Of a stretch of DNA of 64,000 nucleotides, positions 51,270 through 59,914 are shown one piece after another (the first letter of the stretch is position 1; the number at the start of each line of letters is the position of its first letter). The position numbers and the translations under genes were made by a program. The DNA comes from an uncultured Nitrososphaerota archaeon (GTDB lineage Archaea; Thermoproteota; Nitrososphaeria; Nitrososphaerales; Gagatemarchaeaceae), in NCBI GenBank assembly GCA_963718895.1, contig CAVRAG010000008.1:128001-192000 (forward strand), in the 5' to 3' direction. The notes below the pieces were generated by a model that had not been told where the DNA came from, did no database searches, and saw nothing but the letters and a program-made list of their open reading frames with translations.

Positions 51270-51928
51270 CAAACGTCCTCGTTATGGCAAGGGGCGGAAG
51301 GGAAGAGGTTTTTACAAGGAACCTCGTTCCGGGCAACAGGACGTACGGCGAAGACCTTATCAGAATAGAAGGGACTGAGTTCAGAGCCTGGGACCCGTTC
51401 AGGTCCAAGCTCGGGGGCGCGATCCTCAAGGGTCTACCCCAGGACGTGATACGCCCAGGCGACAAGGTGCTCTACCTGGGGACCTCCACGGGGACCACCC
51501 CTTCGCACGTCTCAGACATTGTGGGCCCGAGGGGGCTGCTCATCGGGGTCGAGTTCGCTCCCCGCGTCGGGAGGGAGTTCGTGGAGAACGTCGCCAGGGT
51601 CAGGCGGAACGTCGTCCCCTACATAGCAGACGCCCGCGAGGCCGAGAGGTTCGCGTCCTTCGGAAAGGTGGACGTCGTCTACTGCGACATCGCGCAGCAG
51701 GACCAGACCGAGATAGCCATCGAGAACTGCCGGAGGAACCTCAAGAAGGGAGGCAGGCTCATCCTGATAGTGAAGTCCAGAAGCATCGACGTCCTGAGAG
51801 AGCCCAGGGACGTCTTCCGCCAGGAGGGAGAGAGGCTTACGAAGGCGGGCTTCGGGGTCGAGAGGATCATCGAGCTGAGTCCCTTCGACAAGGACCACGC
51901 CCTGATATCTGCGGTGTTCGCCGGCTAG
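51266..51928 (+). CDS. flpA: Fibrillarin-like 2'-O-methyltransferase
   Basis: YGE, WDPFRSKL, VLYLG..GTTPSHVSD, LSPFDKDH. Confidence 0.96.
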   Translation: MTNVLVMARGGREEVFTRNLVPGNRTYGEDLIRIEGTEFRAWDPFRSKLGGAILKGLPQDVIRPGDKVLYLGTSTGTTPSHVSDIVGPRGLLIGVEFAPRVGREFVENVARVRRNVVPYIADAREAERFASFGKVDVVYCDIAQQDQTEIAIENCRRNLKKGGRLILIVKSRSIDVLREPRDVFRQEGERLTKAGFGVERIIELSPFDKDHALISAVFAG

Positions 51929-52604
51929 GGGATGAGCGTCGAGGCGAGGATCCGGTCCCAGGTCTTCCAGCTTCTCCTTGCGAACGACGGGATGGCGCCC
52001 TCCCTCTCCACCCACCTCCTGAGGTAGGTTATCGTCTCGCCGTCCGAGGGATATCCTGAACCGAACTCCCCGTGTTCCGTTCGGAGGAGTTCGACAGCTC
52101 TGTCCCGTTCGACCTTCGCCACTATCGAGGCGGCAGAGACCACCACGTAGTTCTTGTCCGCCCTGTGCTCGGCGACTATTCTAGGCTTGCACGACATCAA
52201 ATCCCCCAACTCTCTCGTGAACCTCATCGGGTTCGTGTCAGGGGCATCGACGTACACCTCCTCCGGGTTCATGAGGTCTATTATCTTCGCCATGTGGAGA
52301 GCTTCAAGAAAGTTGAGGCGTCGATATTTTTTGCCCACCCTAACGTATCGGTCGATCTCCTCCGGTTCCGCATACGAGACCTGGACAGACTCGCACAACT
52401 CGACTATCTCAGGGTACATTGATTCTCTTTCGGTTGACGAGAGGGCCTTCGAGTCCTTCACTCCGAGCTCCTTCAGCAGTTTCAGCGATTGATACTTTAT
52501 GGAAACTCCAGCTACAACTAGGGGCCCAAGTACAGAACCTTTCGGGGAGCGGATTTCTCAACGCGCTCTCTCCCAGCTTCATCGACCCCTCCAACGAGCC
52601 TTAT
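51925..52604 (-). CDS. rnhB: Ribonuclease HII; exons 52604-52570 and 52540-51925; ATA start; 216 aa when spliced
   Basis: Spliced N-terminus (M)RLVGGVDEAGRGSVLGPLVVAG..LGVKDSKAL; AEHRAD, VSAASIVAKVERD, GSGYPSD, RRSW. Confidence 0.9.
52541..52569 (-). other. Candidate 29-nt bulge-helix-bulge (EndA-type) intron in rnhB mRNA
   Basis: Minus strand GAAGC-UGGG-[AG^A]-GAGCG-loop12-CGCUC-CCCG-[AA^A]-GGUUC: 4-bp central helix and two 3-nt bulges; excision restores GCT GGG AGA GGT TCT (A-G-R-G-S). Confidence 0.85.
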
Positions 52605-53627
52605 TTGACGATCACCCGCTTTTCACCCTGAACCTTGCGCCAATTAGAGTTTACCTTTTCGACGAGGCCAAGCCGGGCCATCTCTGTAAGCCTTCTCGCG
52701 ATGGTTTTCTGGTCCCTGCTAAGCATAACAGAGATCTCGTAAGGTCGGCGCGGAACGATGAGCACGTCCAAGATTCTGGACTTCTCCAAGGAGATGACGA
52801 CGCTCCTCTGGTCGGTCCTGATCCAGTAGTATGTGCTTCTAACCTTGTACACTTCAATCTGTTCTCTTCTGCGCAGGTCGGAAAGAACTTGGTAAGCCCT
52901 CGCATCGCCCCTTTCGATGCTCTTTGCAACCTCATGCGTGGTCATAGGCGCGAAGAGAGCCCCTAGAACCAATGGCGGGAGAGAGTCGCGCTGGTAGTGT
53001 CGTTGTTTATAGGAGTCGAGCATTGCAAGGAATTTCGCGTGCTTCTTGGAATGTAACTCGGTTATGCCAATGCGTTGAAGTTTCTCCAGATTCTCTCGAC
53101 CAGAGATGAGGTAATTCCTCCCTGAAACCTCATACAGGAAAGACACCTCGTAGTGCCGCAGGATTCGTTCGACGAAGTTCATTCGCTTGCCTTCCGCGAT
53201 TCGCAGACACCTCGTATGACTACTTTTGGAGGTCTTTGATGTTCCCCTCCCCTGCAAAAAAGCCTTGGAGCAAGCCTTGATAGTTTGAGGGAGCTTTGCG
53301 CGCGAGTCTAACTGTCTTCTTCCAATCCCGGACTAACTCAACATCTGCGACTCTGTAGATATAATAAGGCACATTTGCTCTCCTATCGACATACGTTCGG
53401 TAACGGACATCGGCTACGGGTCGAACGAAGTCAGTGAAGACCGAGGGACGATAGACGTAGATTCGAGGAGAGTTGCGTGGTCGAAATCGCGCCCAGAGCG
53501 CTTCGTGGAAGAAGCGTACAAGGAACGGATCGTTGTTGGTGAAGGTAACTTCACTGGAAGATCTCTTGTCGCCTTCCGCGGTCCATAGCCCAACAATCCG
53601 GGCAAGATCGAGGTCCGAATCGCTCAT
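52601..53627 (-). mobile_element. Free-standing double-motif LAGLIDADG homing endonuclease with two C-terminal wHTH-like repeats; one frameshift near 53235
   Basis: LARIVGLWTAEGD..VTFTNND and LLQGFFAGEGNI motifs; no Hint domain; AT-rich; stop TAA overlaps the rnhB ATA start. Confidence 0.85.
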
Positions 53628-53852
53628 GAACCAGAAGGATGTGGAAGTATATCAGCATCCCTACTCGCAAGGCCCTGCGGCAGAATCAGCTATTGCTTGT
53701 TCGTGATGGGCCAACCAAGTTCAATAAGCATATACCGAATTCGAGTTGTACAGAGTTGTTATTGTGAGCGTACAACCTTTCGAGAATCAAGTGCACGGCA
53801 AGCGGGCTCAAAAACTGATTCTTGTCGCAAGGCTTACTCGCAACGATCCACC

Positions 53853-54413
53853 CTAGGTCTGCTGCGGAGGAAGAACCGCGAGTATCTGCCTCGCCAGCGA
53901 TTCGGGCAGACCCTCCCTGTTGTGAAGCGTGACTTCGGTCATCTCCTTGCCGGGGAGCCCCCTGAACTCGTCGACAAGAGGGTCCCTGATCTTGTCGTGG
54001 ACGACCGCGAGGATCGGCTTGCCGGACCTGAGGCATGCCTCGGCCGCCCTCTTGAACTCCGGGCTGGTGAGCTCCATCGGACCCACCTCGTCGATGGCGA
54101 TCAGGTCAGCCATCTTCGAGGCCCCGGCGAGCGACACCGCCCCTACCTCGACCAGACCCTTGAGGTCGACCCTGTACCTCCCGACCCGCGGTCCGAGTAT
54201 GCCCTCGGACGAGGCGAGCCTACCCTCCACTCCGCTCATCAAGTCCAGTATCGTGAAGCCCGTCCGCTCCCTCCCCTTCCGTCTCTCCTTGGTGAGGCAC
54301 CCGCCGACCCCGTAGCCGCGCGACCTCACCAGGTAGATGACCTTGGAGACCACGGTGGACTTGCCTATCCCAGGGGGACCGGTCAGGAGCCACGCGCGCA
54401 CAGGGGAGGACAA
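53853..54413 (-). CDS. THEP1/NTPase_1-family nucleoside triphosphatase
   Basis: LTGPPGIGKST, RVGRYRVD, IDEVGPMEL. Confidence 0.92.
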   Translation of the reverse strand: MSSPVRAWLLTGPPGIGKSTVVSKVIYLVRSRGYGVGGCLTKERRKGRERTGFTILDLMSGVEGRLASSEGILGPRVGRYRVDLKGLVEVGAVSLAGASKMADLIAIDEVGPMELTSPEFKRAAEACLRSGKPILAVVHDKIRDPLVDEFRGLPGKEMTEVTLHNREGLPESLARQILAVLPPQQT

Positions 54414-54467
54414 TGTCAGGAGTCCAATTCTGCTCCGCTTAAATGCTTCACGACGAGGCGGTCCCGC

Positions 54468-55619
54468 GTGCTTCCGAAGCTCGAGGTCATCCGGGAGGGA
54501 CGGACCGAGCTCTACGTCCCCTCGCAGAGCCTCGCCGGGACCCCTCCCGCAACCCACCCGGTGTTCTTCAATCCAGCCGCGAGGACGAACAGAGACATCT
54601 CAGTCGCGGTCGCCGCGGTGACCAGACCGGGGACCTACCTTGATGTCCTCGCCGCGGCCGGGGCGCGCGGGATCAGAGTCGCAAACGAGTCCAACTCGAA
54701 GACGCACGTCACGCTCGTCGACTTTAGCGGACCGTCCCTCGCCGTGGCGAGGAAGAGCATCAGGAGGAACCGGCTCCATGAGCGGTGCGTCGTGGTTCAC
54801 GAAGAGGCGAACAAGTTTCTCGTCTCGCGGTTCGAGCGGCCCGAGAAGTTCGATGCCATCGACCTGGACCCCTTCGGGTCACCCGCTCCGTTCGTTCTCG
54901 CGGCCACGATGGCGGCGGCGGACGGGGGCGTCCTCTCGGTGACGGCGACCGACGCAGCCGTCCTCTGCGGCGTCTATCCGGCCGTCTCGGTCCGCCGCTA
55001 CGGCGCTCTGGCGGTGAGGAGCGAGTTCGTCCACGAGACCGGTCTCCGGATCCTGCTGGGTTACGCGGCCCGGATGGGCGGGGTCAACGACATCGGGATA
55101 GAGCCGATAGCGGCCCACAGCACCCTGCACTACCTCCGGGTCCTCCTCAGGATCAAGAGGGGGGCGGCGAGAGCAGACGAGTCAGTCGGGAGGCTCGGCT
55201 ATGTCACGCAGTGCAACGGATGCGGCTGGAGGGCGTCGGGGCCCATCCCATTAGACCGGTGCCCTCATTGCCGCCTCCGAGTCCGGTCTGCGGGCCCACT
55301 CTGGACGGGGAAGCTCGTCGACGAGCAGATAGCCTTCGAGGCCTCTGGCTTCTGCGAGGAGGCGGGCTGGAAAGAGGCCGCGGCCATCCTTCGGTCGTTG
55401 AAGGGCCTTGACGACTTCCCGACCTTCAGCTACTCCCCCGAGCGGGTCTGCTCGCGACTCAGGATACCCTCGGTCCCCACACGCGGTGCGATCGATGCCC
55501 TCGTCGGTTCAGGGTTCAGTGCGGCACGGCAGCCCTTTGAGGAGAACGGAATCAAGACCAGTGCGAGCTACGCGGAGTTCGTCCGTGCCCTGCGCACGGC
55601 ATCAGGTACGTCTGCCTAG
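54468..55619 (+). CDS. trm1: tRNA (guanine26-N2)-dimethyltransferase
   Basis: VFFNPAARTNRD, GARGIR, IDLDPFGSP, VTATD, GPLWTG. Confidence 0.93.
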   Translation: MLPKLEVIREGRTELYVPSQSLAGTPPATHPVFFNPAARTNRDISVAVAAVTRPGTYLDVLAAAGARGIRVANESNSKTHVTLVDFSGPSLAVARKSIRRNRLHERCVVVHEEANKFLVSRFERPEKFDAIDLDPFGSPAPFVLAATMAAADGGVLSVTATDAAVLCGVYPAVSVRRYGALAVRSEFVHETGLRILLGYAARMGGVNDIGIEPIAAHSTLHYLRVLLRIKRGAARADESVGRLGYVTQCNGCGWRASGPIPLDRCPHCRLRVRSAGPLWTGKLVDEQIAFEASGFCEEAGWKEAAAILRSLKGLDDFPTFSYSPERVCSRLRIPSVPTRGAIDALVGSGFSAARQPFEENGIKTSASYAEFVRALRTASGTSA

Positions 55620-56198
55620 GCAGAGGAGATACATCTCAGAGCTGGCGTTGCGGCTCGCATGGGGCTTCATGATCGCCACGAAGTTGTACCTGCGCCGCGC
55701 TTCCGCCTCCGCCTCGGCGAAACGCTCGCCCTGAAAGACCTTGAACATCGCGTTACCGCCCGCCTTCAGGAGGGAGTCTCCGATGGTGATGGACGTGATC
55801 GTGAGGTCAATCTGACGGTACTGGTCAAGGTCCCAGGCGCCTGAAATCTTGGGGGAGAGATCCGAGAGCAGGACGTCGGCAGGCCGCTTGATCAGCTCCT
55901 TCACCGTCTCAGCCAGCTTCGGGTCGTTGATGTCCATCTTGAGCGTATGGGTGTTGTCCATCTCGATCTTTATCGGGGAGAGGTCGACGCCGACCACAAT
56001 CCCCGTGCTCCCCACGGCCTGCGAGGCGACCTGAAGCCATCCGCCGGGGGCCGCCCCAAGGTCGATGACCCTGTCACCCGGCTTGATCAGCCTGTACTTC
56101 TTGATTGCCTCGAGGAGCTTGTACGCAGCGCGGCTCTCGTACCCCTCCTCCCTCGCCCGCTTCCGGTAGTAGTCCCTGCGCGCTTCGTCGAGCCTCAA
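55602..56198 (-). CDS. rlmE: 23S rRNA Um2552 methyltransferase RlmE/FtsJ
   Basis: YESRAAYKL, DLGAAPGGW, LSDLSP, KPHASRNASSE. Confidence 0.94.
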   Translation of the reverse strand: MRLDEARRDYYRKRAREEGYESRAAYKLLEAIKKYRLIKPGDRVIDLGAAPGGWLQVASQAVGSTGIVVGVDLSPIKIEMDNTHTLKMDINDPKLAETVKELIKRPADVLLSDLSPKISGAWDLDQYRQIDLTITSITIGDSLLKAGGNAMFKVFQGERFAEAEAEARRRYNFVAIMKPHASRNASSEMYLLCLGRRT

Positions 56199-56204
56199 TC
56201 TTGA

Positions 56205-56702
56205 CTACGCAACTTGCGCGACGGCCACCATCACCAGCGAGTCCCTGTGCTCCTTGAGGACCCACGGCCCGATCAGGGGGCACGTGAACGGGTTGACCTC
56301 GGTCGTCACCGAGCACTTGCCCTCCACCGGGCAGACTATGCACGGCGCGGACTCCATCGATGAGATGTTCGCTGGCAGTCGGAGCGGGGTCAGCTTGTAG
56401 GTCCATCTCCCGTCGTCAAGGACCTTCACCCTCTTGATCATGCCGCGTTTTTCGAGCCTGATGGCGAGCCTGGACCCGTCCCTGCTGGTGAGTCCCAGCT
56501 CCTTCCAGATCTCGCTCTGGAGAACTCCATCCTTGCCCCTCTCGACGACCAGCTTGTAGACCCTTGAAGTCAGATCGACGAGCTCCTCCTCCGTCTTCTC
56601 GGTGAGGCCGGTCGATCGCGGCGGCTTCGGAGCTGCCTCCTTCTCCACCTTCGGCGGTTTCTCGCCCTTCGGCTGCTGTTTTGCGGTCTTCTTCTTTTCC
56701 AT
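56205..56702 (-). CDS. TFE beta / RPC34-like transcription factor (wHTH + Fe-S)
   Basis: wHTH GVLQSEIWKELGL..RLEKRGMI plus PCIVCP....C...PFTCP cysteine cluster; adjacent to tfb. Confidence 0.8.
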   Translation of the reverse strand: MEKKKTAKQQPKGEKPPKVEKEAAPKPPRSTGLTEKTEEELVDLTSRVYKLVVERGKDGVLQSEIWKELGLTSRDGSRLAIRLEKRGMIKRVKVLDDGRWTYKLTPLRLPANISSMESAPCIVCPVEGKCSVTTEVNPFTCPLIGPWVLKEHRDSLVMVAVAQVA

Positions 56703-57647
56703 TTATTGTGCCGGCCCCATTTTTTGCCTGATTATGTAGTTATCGAGTAGCTCCCGGCAGCGGTTCCTGACGGTCACTTCTGTCACTTCAGCGAACTCTG
56801 CGATCTCCCTCTGCGGCAGGTGTTCGCCGCGCATCACGCACGACATGTAGACGTACGCGGCCGCCAGACCTGCGGGGGCCTTCCCGCTCGAGATCTTCGA
56901 GTCGTTGGTCGACCGAGAGAGGTAAAGAGCTAGGTGCTCGACCCTCGGATCTATCTTCGCGAGGTTCACGAGCTTGGAGATGTGCTTCTCCACAGAGGGC
57001 GGTGGAACGTAGTCCTTCTCGACATCCTTCAGGATGAGCCTGAAGTACTTCGCTGCGGCGCCCTTCTCTATCCCGGCGGCCCTCGCGACCTCCTTCAGCG
57101 TGCGGCTGACACCGCACTTCCTGCAGGCGAGCAGCACGACGGCCGCTGTCATACCCATGATCGACTTGCTCTTGGCGACCTTCAACCGGACGGATGTGCG
57201 ATAGATGTGGGCGGCCGTCTCGGCGACGTTCTTCGGCAGGGAGAGGTTGTCGCAGACCTCGGTTATCTTGGCGAGGACTATCGAGAGGCCGCGCTCCTGG
57301 CTGTTGCTCGTCCTTATCCTGCTCTGCCACTTCTTCATCTTCTCGACCGTTGCGCGCATGGCCGGGTCAAGGTACTTGCCATGCGAGTCGCGCATGTCCA
57401 TGCTTATGTCGGTCGAGAGCCCGAGGTCGTGAAGCGTAAGGGTAGTCGGGGAGCCGACGCGGACCCGCCTGTTCTTCTCCTCAAGGTCTACCGCCTTCCA
57501 CTCGGGGCCCTCGTCTTCGCGTGCGTTCGTGACCGACCCGCAATGAGGGCAGACCTGCTCCCCCCTCTCAGCGTCGCCGATCAGCTTGTTCCCGCAATCG
57601 AGGCAGTAGATACTGAAAAGACCCTCTTCCGCTCTTGTTTCCCACAT
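56703..57647 (-). CDS. tfb: Transcription initiation factor IIB
   Basis: Zn ribbon CLDC..CPHCG, GPEW, LHDLGLST, two cyclin repeats, VTEVTVRNR. Confidence 0.95.
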   Translation of the reverse strand: MWETRAEEGLFSIYCLDCGNKLIGDAERGEQVCPHCGSVTNAREDEGPEWKAVDLEEKNRRVRVGSPTTLTLHDLGLSTDISMDMRDSHGKYLDPAMRATVEKMKKWQSRIRTSNSQERGLSIVLAKITEVCDNLSLPKNVAETAAHIYRTSVRLKVAKSKSIMGMTAAVVLLACRKCGVSRTLKEVARAAGIEKGAAAKYFRLILKDVEKDYVPPPSVEKHISKLVNLAKIDPRVEHLALYLSRSTNDSKISSGKAPAGLAAAYVYMSCVMRGEHLPQREIAEFAEVTEVTVRNRCRELLDNYIIRQKMGPAQ

Positions 57648-57658
57648 GGGTGTCTGCC

Positions 57659-57880
57659 TTACCCGGAGACGTATACCTTCTGTCCCTTGGTCCCGAACTT
57701 TGACGATCCGGGTATCGCTGAGGCGTAGGGTTTCGAGATCGGGCCCATGAGCTCCATCACCTTCGCGGCGTTCCTCCCCTTCGAGTCGACCAGGACCGTG
57801 CCTGAAGCTATCTCGGTCTCAAGACGAAGGATTATGCGCCCACTGCGGGCGGTGTGAAGAACTTCCCCAACCTCGCGCAT
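57659..57880 (-). CDS. gar1: H/ACA RNP protein Gar1
   Basis: GEVLH..SGRII, KVMELMGPISKPYA; tfb-gar1-srp19-rps8e synteny. Confidence 0.85.
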   Translation of the reverse strand: MREVGEVLHTARSGRIILRLETEIASGTVLVDSKGRNAAKVMELMGPISKPYASAIPGSSKFGTKGQKVYVSG

Positions 57881-57898
57881 TTGTAAACAACGGAAAGT

Positions 57899-58220
57899 CT
57901 AAGACTTACCTTTAAGCTTTCCTTGAGCCGCGGCCTTCTCACCCTTGACCTTGGAGAGCTCCCGCGCTATGCGGACTAGTGTAGGCTGCTTCTTGTCTGC
58001 TTTCTTGATGGAGACGTAGCCGGACACCCGCGAGGACACGGACGGATACCGCGCCGCTTGAGGCTCGGGGTCGAGGTTCAGGCGTCTGCATGCGAGCGTC
58101 GAGCTCCTCGAGGGTGGGGGAACGGGAACAGGAGTTCAACGGCACGCGCCTGCCCTCGGAGCGCTTCCGCTCAGAGTCCAGGTAGTCCAGCCAGACTACC
58201 ACGCGATCGTACGATTTCAA
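57899..58220 (-). CDS. srp19: Signal recognition particle protein SRP19; extra base at 58100
   Basis: VWLDYLDS..KRSEGRRVP...PTLEEL, then ACRRLNL..RYP..SGYV in the shifted frame. Confidence 0.88.
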
Positions 58221-58222
58221 TG

Positions 58223-58606
58223 CTACTTGATCAGGACCGCGTTGACGACGCCGTCGTCGCTGGGCCTGGACGTCACCTTTGCCTCGCCGAGTTCGGTCTC
58301 AATCGTCGCGCCCTTCGTTATCACGCCCCTGCGCTCGTACTCCCTGTTGGCCCGGTTGGCCGTAACCCGTACGATCTTGCTCTTGGAGGTCTTTCCAGAC
58401 GAAGGATCAAAGACGTTGGCCTCGCTGGCAGAGCGAAGCCCGAACGAGAGCGTGCCTCCTCTTGTCCGCTTCGGCGATCTCACGGTCTCTCCTACCACCG
58501 GCTCGAACGGATAATCGTCGGCCTCGAAGGCCCTGCGCGACCTGTTCGGTCTCCGCTTTCCGCCGCTCAGCTTCTTCTTCCTGAGGTTCTCTACTGCCTT
58601 GACCAT
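58223..58606 (-). CDS. rps8e: 30S ribosomal protein S8e
   Basis: LSGGK, RTRGG, RRGVITKGATIET, VTSRP..DGVVNAV. Confidence 0.95.
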   Translation of the reverse strand: MVKAVENLRKKKLSGGKRRPNRSRRAFEADDYPFEPVVGETVRSPKRTRGGTLSFGLRSASEANVFDPSSGKTSKSKIVRVTANRANREYERRGVITKGATIETELGEAKVTSRPSDDGVVNAVLIK

Positions 58607-58733
58607 GATGAAATCCCTGACCGGCGCCCCCAAGGTGGTGTTAAGGCTTTCTCTATGAGCTGCTTCCGGGCCTTCGGTGGGCGACCCTAGTCTCGTCGGT
58701 CTCTCGTGAGAACTGGGGTTTTCGGAGCCACGG

Positions 58734-59258
58734 CTACCTGAGTATCATCGTTCTTCTCTCGAGCTGGCGCTTCATCGAGGGCACGTCAGTGCTCAGGCCG
58801 AAGTACTCGGCGAACTCCGGCGTGGTGCTGTAGAACTTGGAACGCCCCTTCCGCACCCACACCAGGAACCCGACCTCCTCGAGGTCCCTGAGGTGCTCGT
58901 ACACGGTCGAACTCCTCCTCGCGGCGAGGTCGGAGCCCGAGATGGGCTGGAAATAGGCGATGAACGAGAGCGTCCGGAGCGCGGCCTTGGAGAGGAGGGG
59001 CTTGGTAGCGAACCTGCGGGCGACGCTCGTGTACTCGGCCTTGAGCTGCATTGCGAACCTCGGTCCTGGGTACTCGACGATCTCGACCGCTGAGAGGGCC
59101 GACTTGAGGCTCACTGCTATCGCCTTGGCCTCGTCGACCACCCGCTTCTTCGAGGTTATCCCGGCGGCGGCCGCGAGCTGCTCGGCATCGAGGGCGCGCC
59201 CCGAGGAGTAGAGAGCGGCCTCTATCCTTGCGCGGACGTCCTTCCCCGTTTCGCTCAA
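58734..59258 (-). CDS. scpB: SMC-Scp complex subunit ScpB
   Basis: IEAALY, LSKAALRTLSFIAYFQPI, TTPEFAEYFG. Confidence 0.92.
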   Translation of the reverse strand: MSETGKDVRARIEAALYSSGRALDAEQLAAAAGITSKKRVVDEAKAIAVSLKSALSAVEIVEYPGPRFAMQLKAEYTSVARRFATKPLLSKAALRTLSFIAYFQPISGSDLAARRSSTVYEHLRDLEEVGFLVWVRKGRSKFYSTTPEFAEYFGLSTDVPSMKRQLERRTMILR

Positions 59259-59259
59259 G

Positions 59260-59914
59260 CTAGCCCACCAGGATCACGAGGAAGTCTTCTTCTCCGTCCT
59301 GCTCGAGGACCACCTCGCCTCCGCTGGCGGAGAAGAGGAGGAGGATGAGCGTCCTCGCGGCCTCGACGATCGGCATCCCTCGTATCAACTCTGAGAACTT
59401 CAATCTGCCGAGCCCGCCTATCCTGTCGCGAAGGATGGCCTTGAAGGCCTGCAGGTTCGAGAGGATCGTGATGAGATACTCCTCGGGGTTCGGAGGCGGC
59501 GAGTCTTCGAGGAGCGACGTCGAGATCGGTGCTCTCCTCTCTCTCCTGCACAACAATCTCTTCGAGGATTCGTGCGAGCGCGTCAAAGAGCTCGTCGACG
59601 GTGGTGGAGTAGATCTCGTACCTGAACGGCATCACGACAATCTGCGGCGGCTGTGTCGAGTCGATGATCTTCCTCTCGCGCTGGAGCCTCTCGAAGAGGA
59701 AGAGCGACTCCACCTTGAACCTGTATATCGTCGCCGAGGTGAGCGCCGCCGTCCCTGCCACCCGGAGGTCCATTATCTCCGACTTCATAATGGCCTGCAG
59801 GAAGAGGTCGAGCAGCTCGGTGATGTGTATCTCCCAGGGGCTCTTCCTCTTGGCGGCCCTTGGGTCGATGAGCAGGTTTAGCGGCGGCCTCGCGAGCGAC
59901 TCGTCTTCAACCAC
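59260..59914 (-). CDS. scpA: Kleisin ScpA; extra base at 59527
   Basis: PWEIHITEL, DLRVAG, LLLLFSA..GEVVLEQ; between smc and scpB. Confidence 0.85.

Noticed and set aside
52601-53850. LAGLIDADG gene as cargo of one large intron or intein within rnhB
   Set aside because: No rnhB-like exon is visible upstream near 53850 and there are no Hint motifs. The rnhB N-terminus is complete from ATA 52604, so the endonuclease is free-standing.
53697-54467. Apparent 257-aa N-terminal extension of Trm1 in the ORF track
   Set aside because: It is the antisense of the NTPase gene; Trm1 homology starts at GTG 54468.
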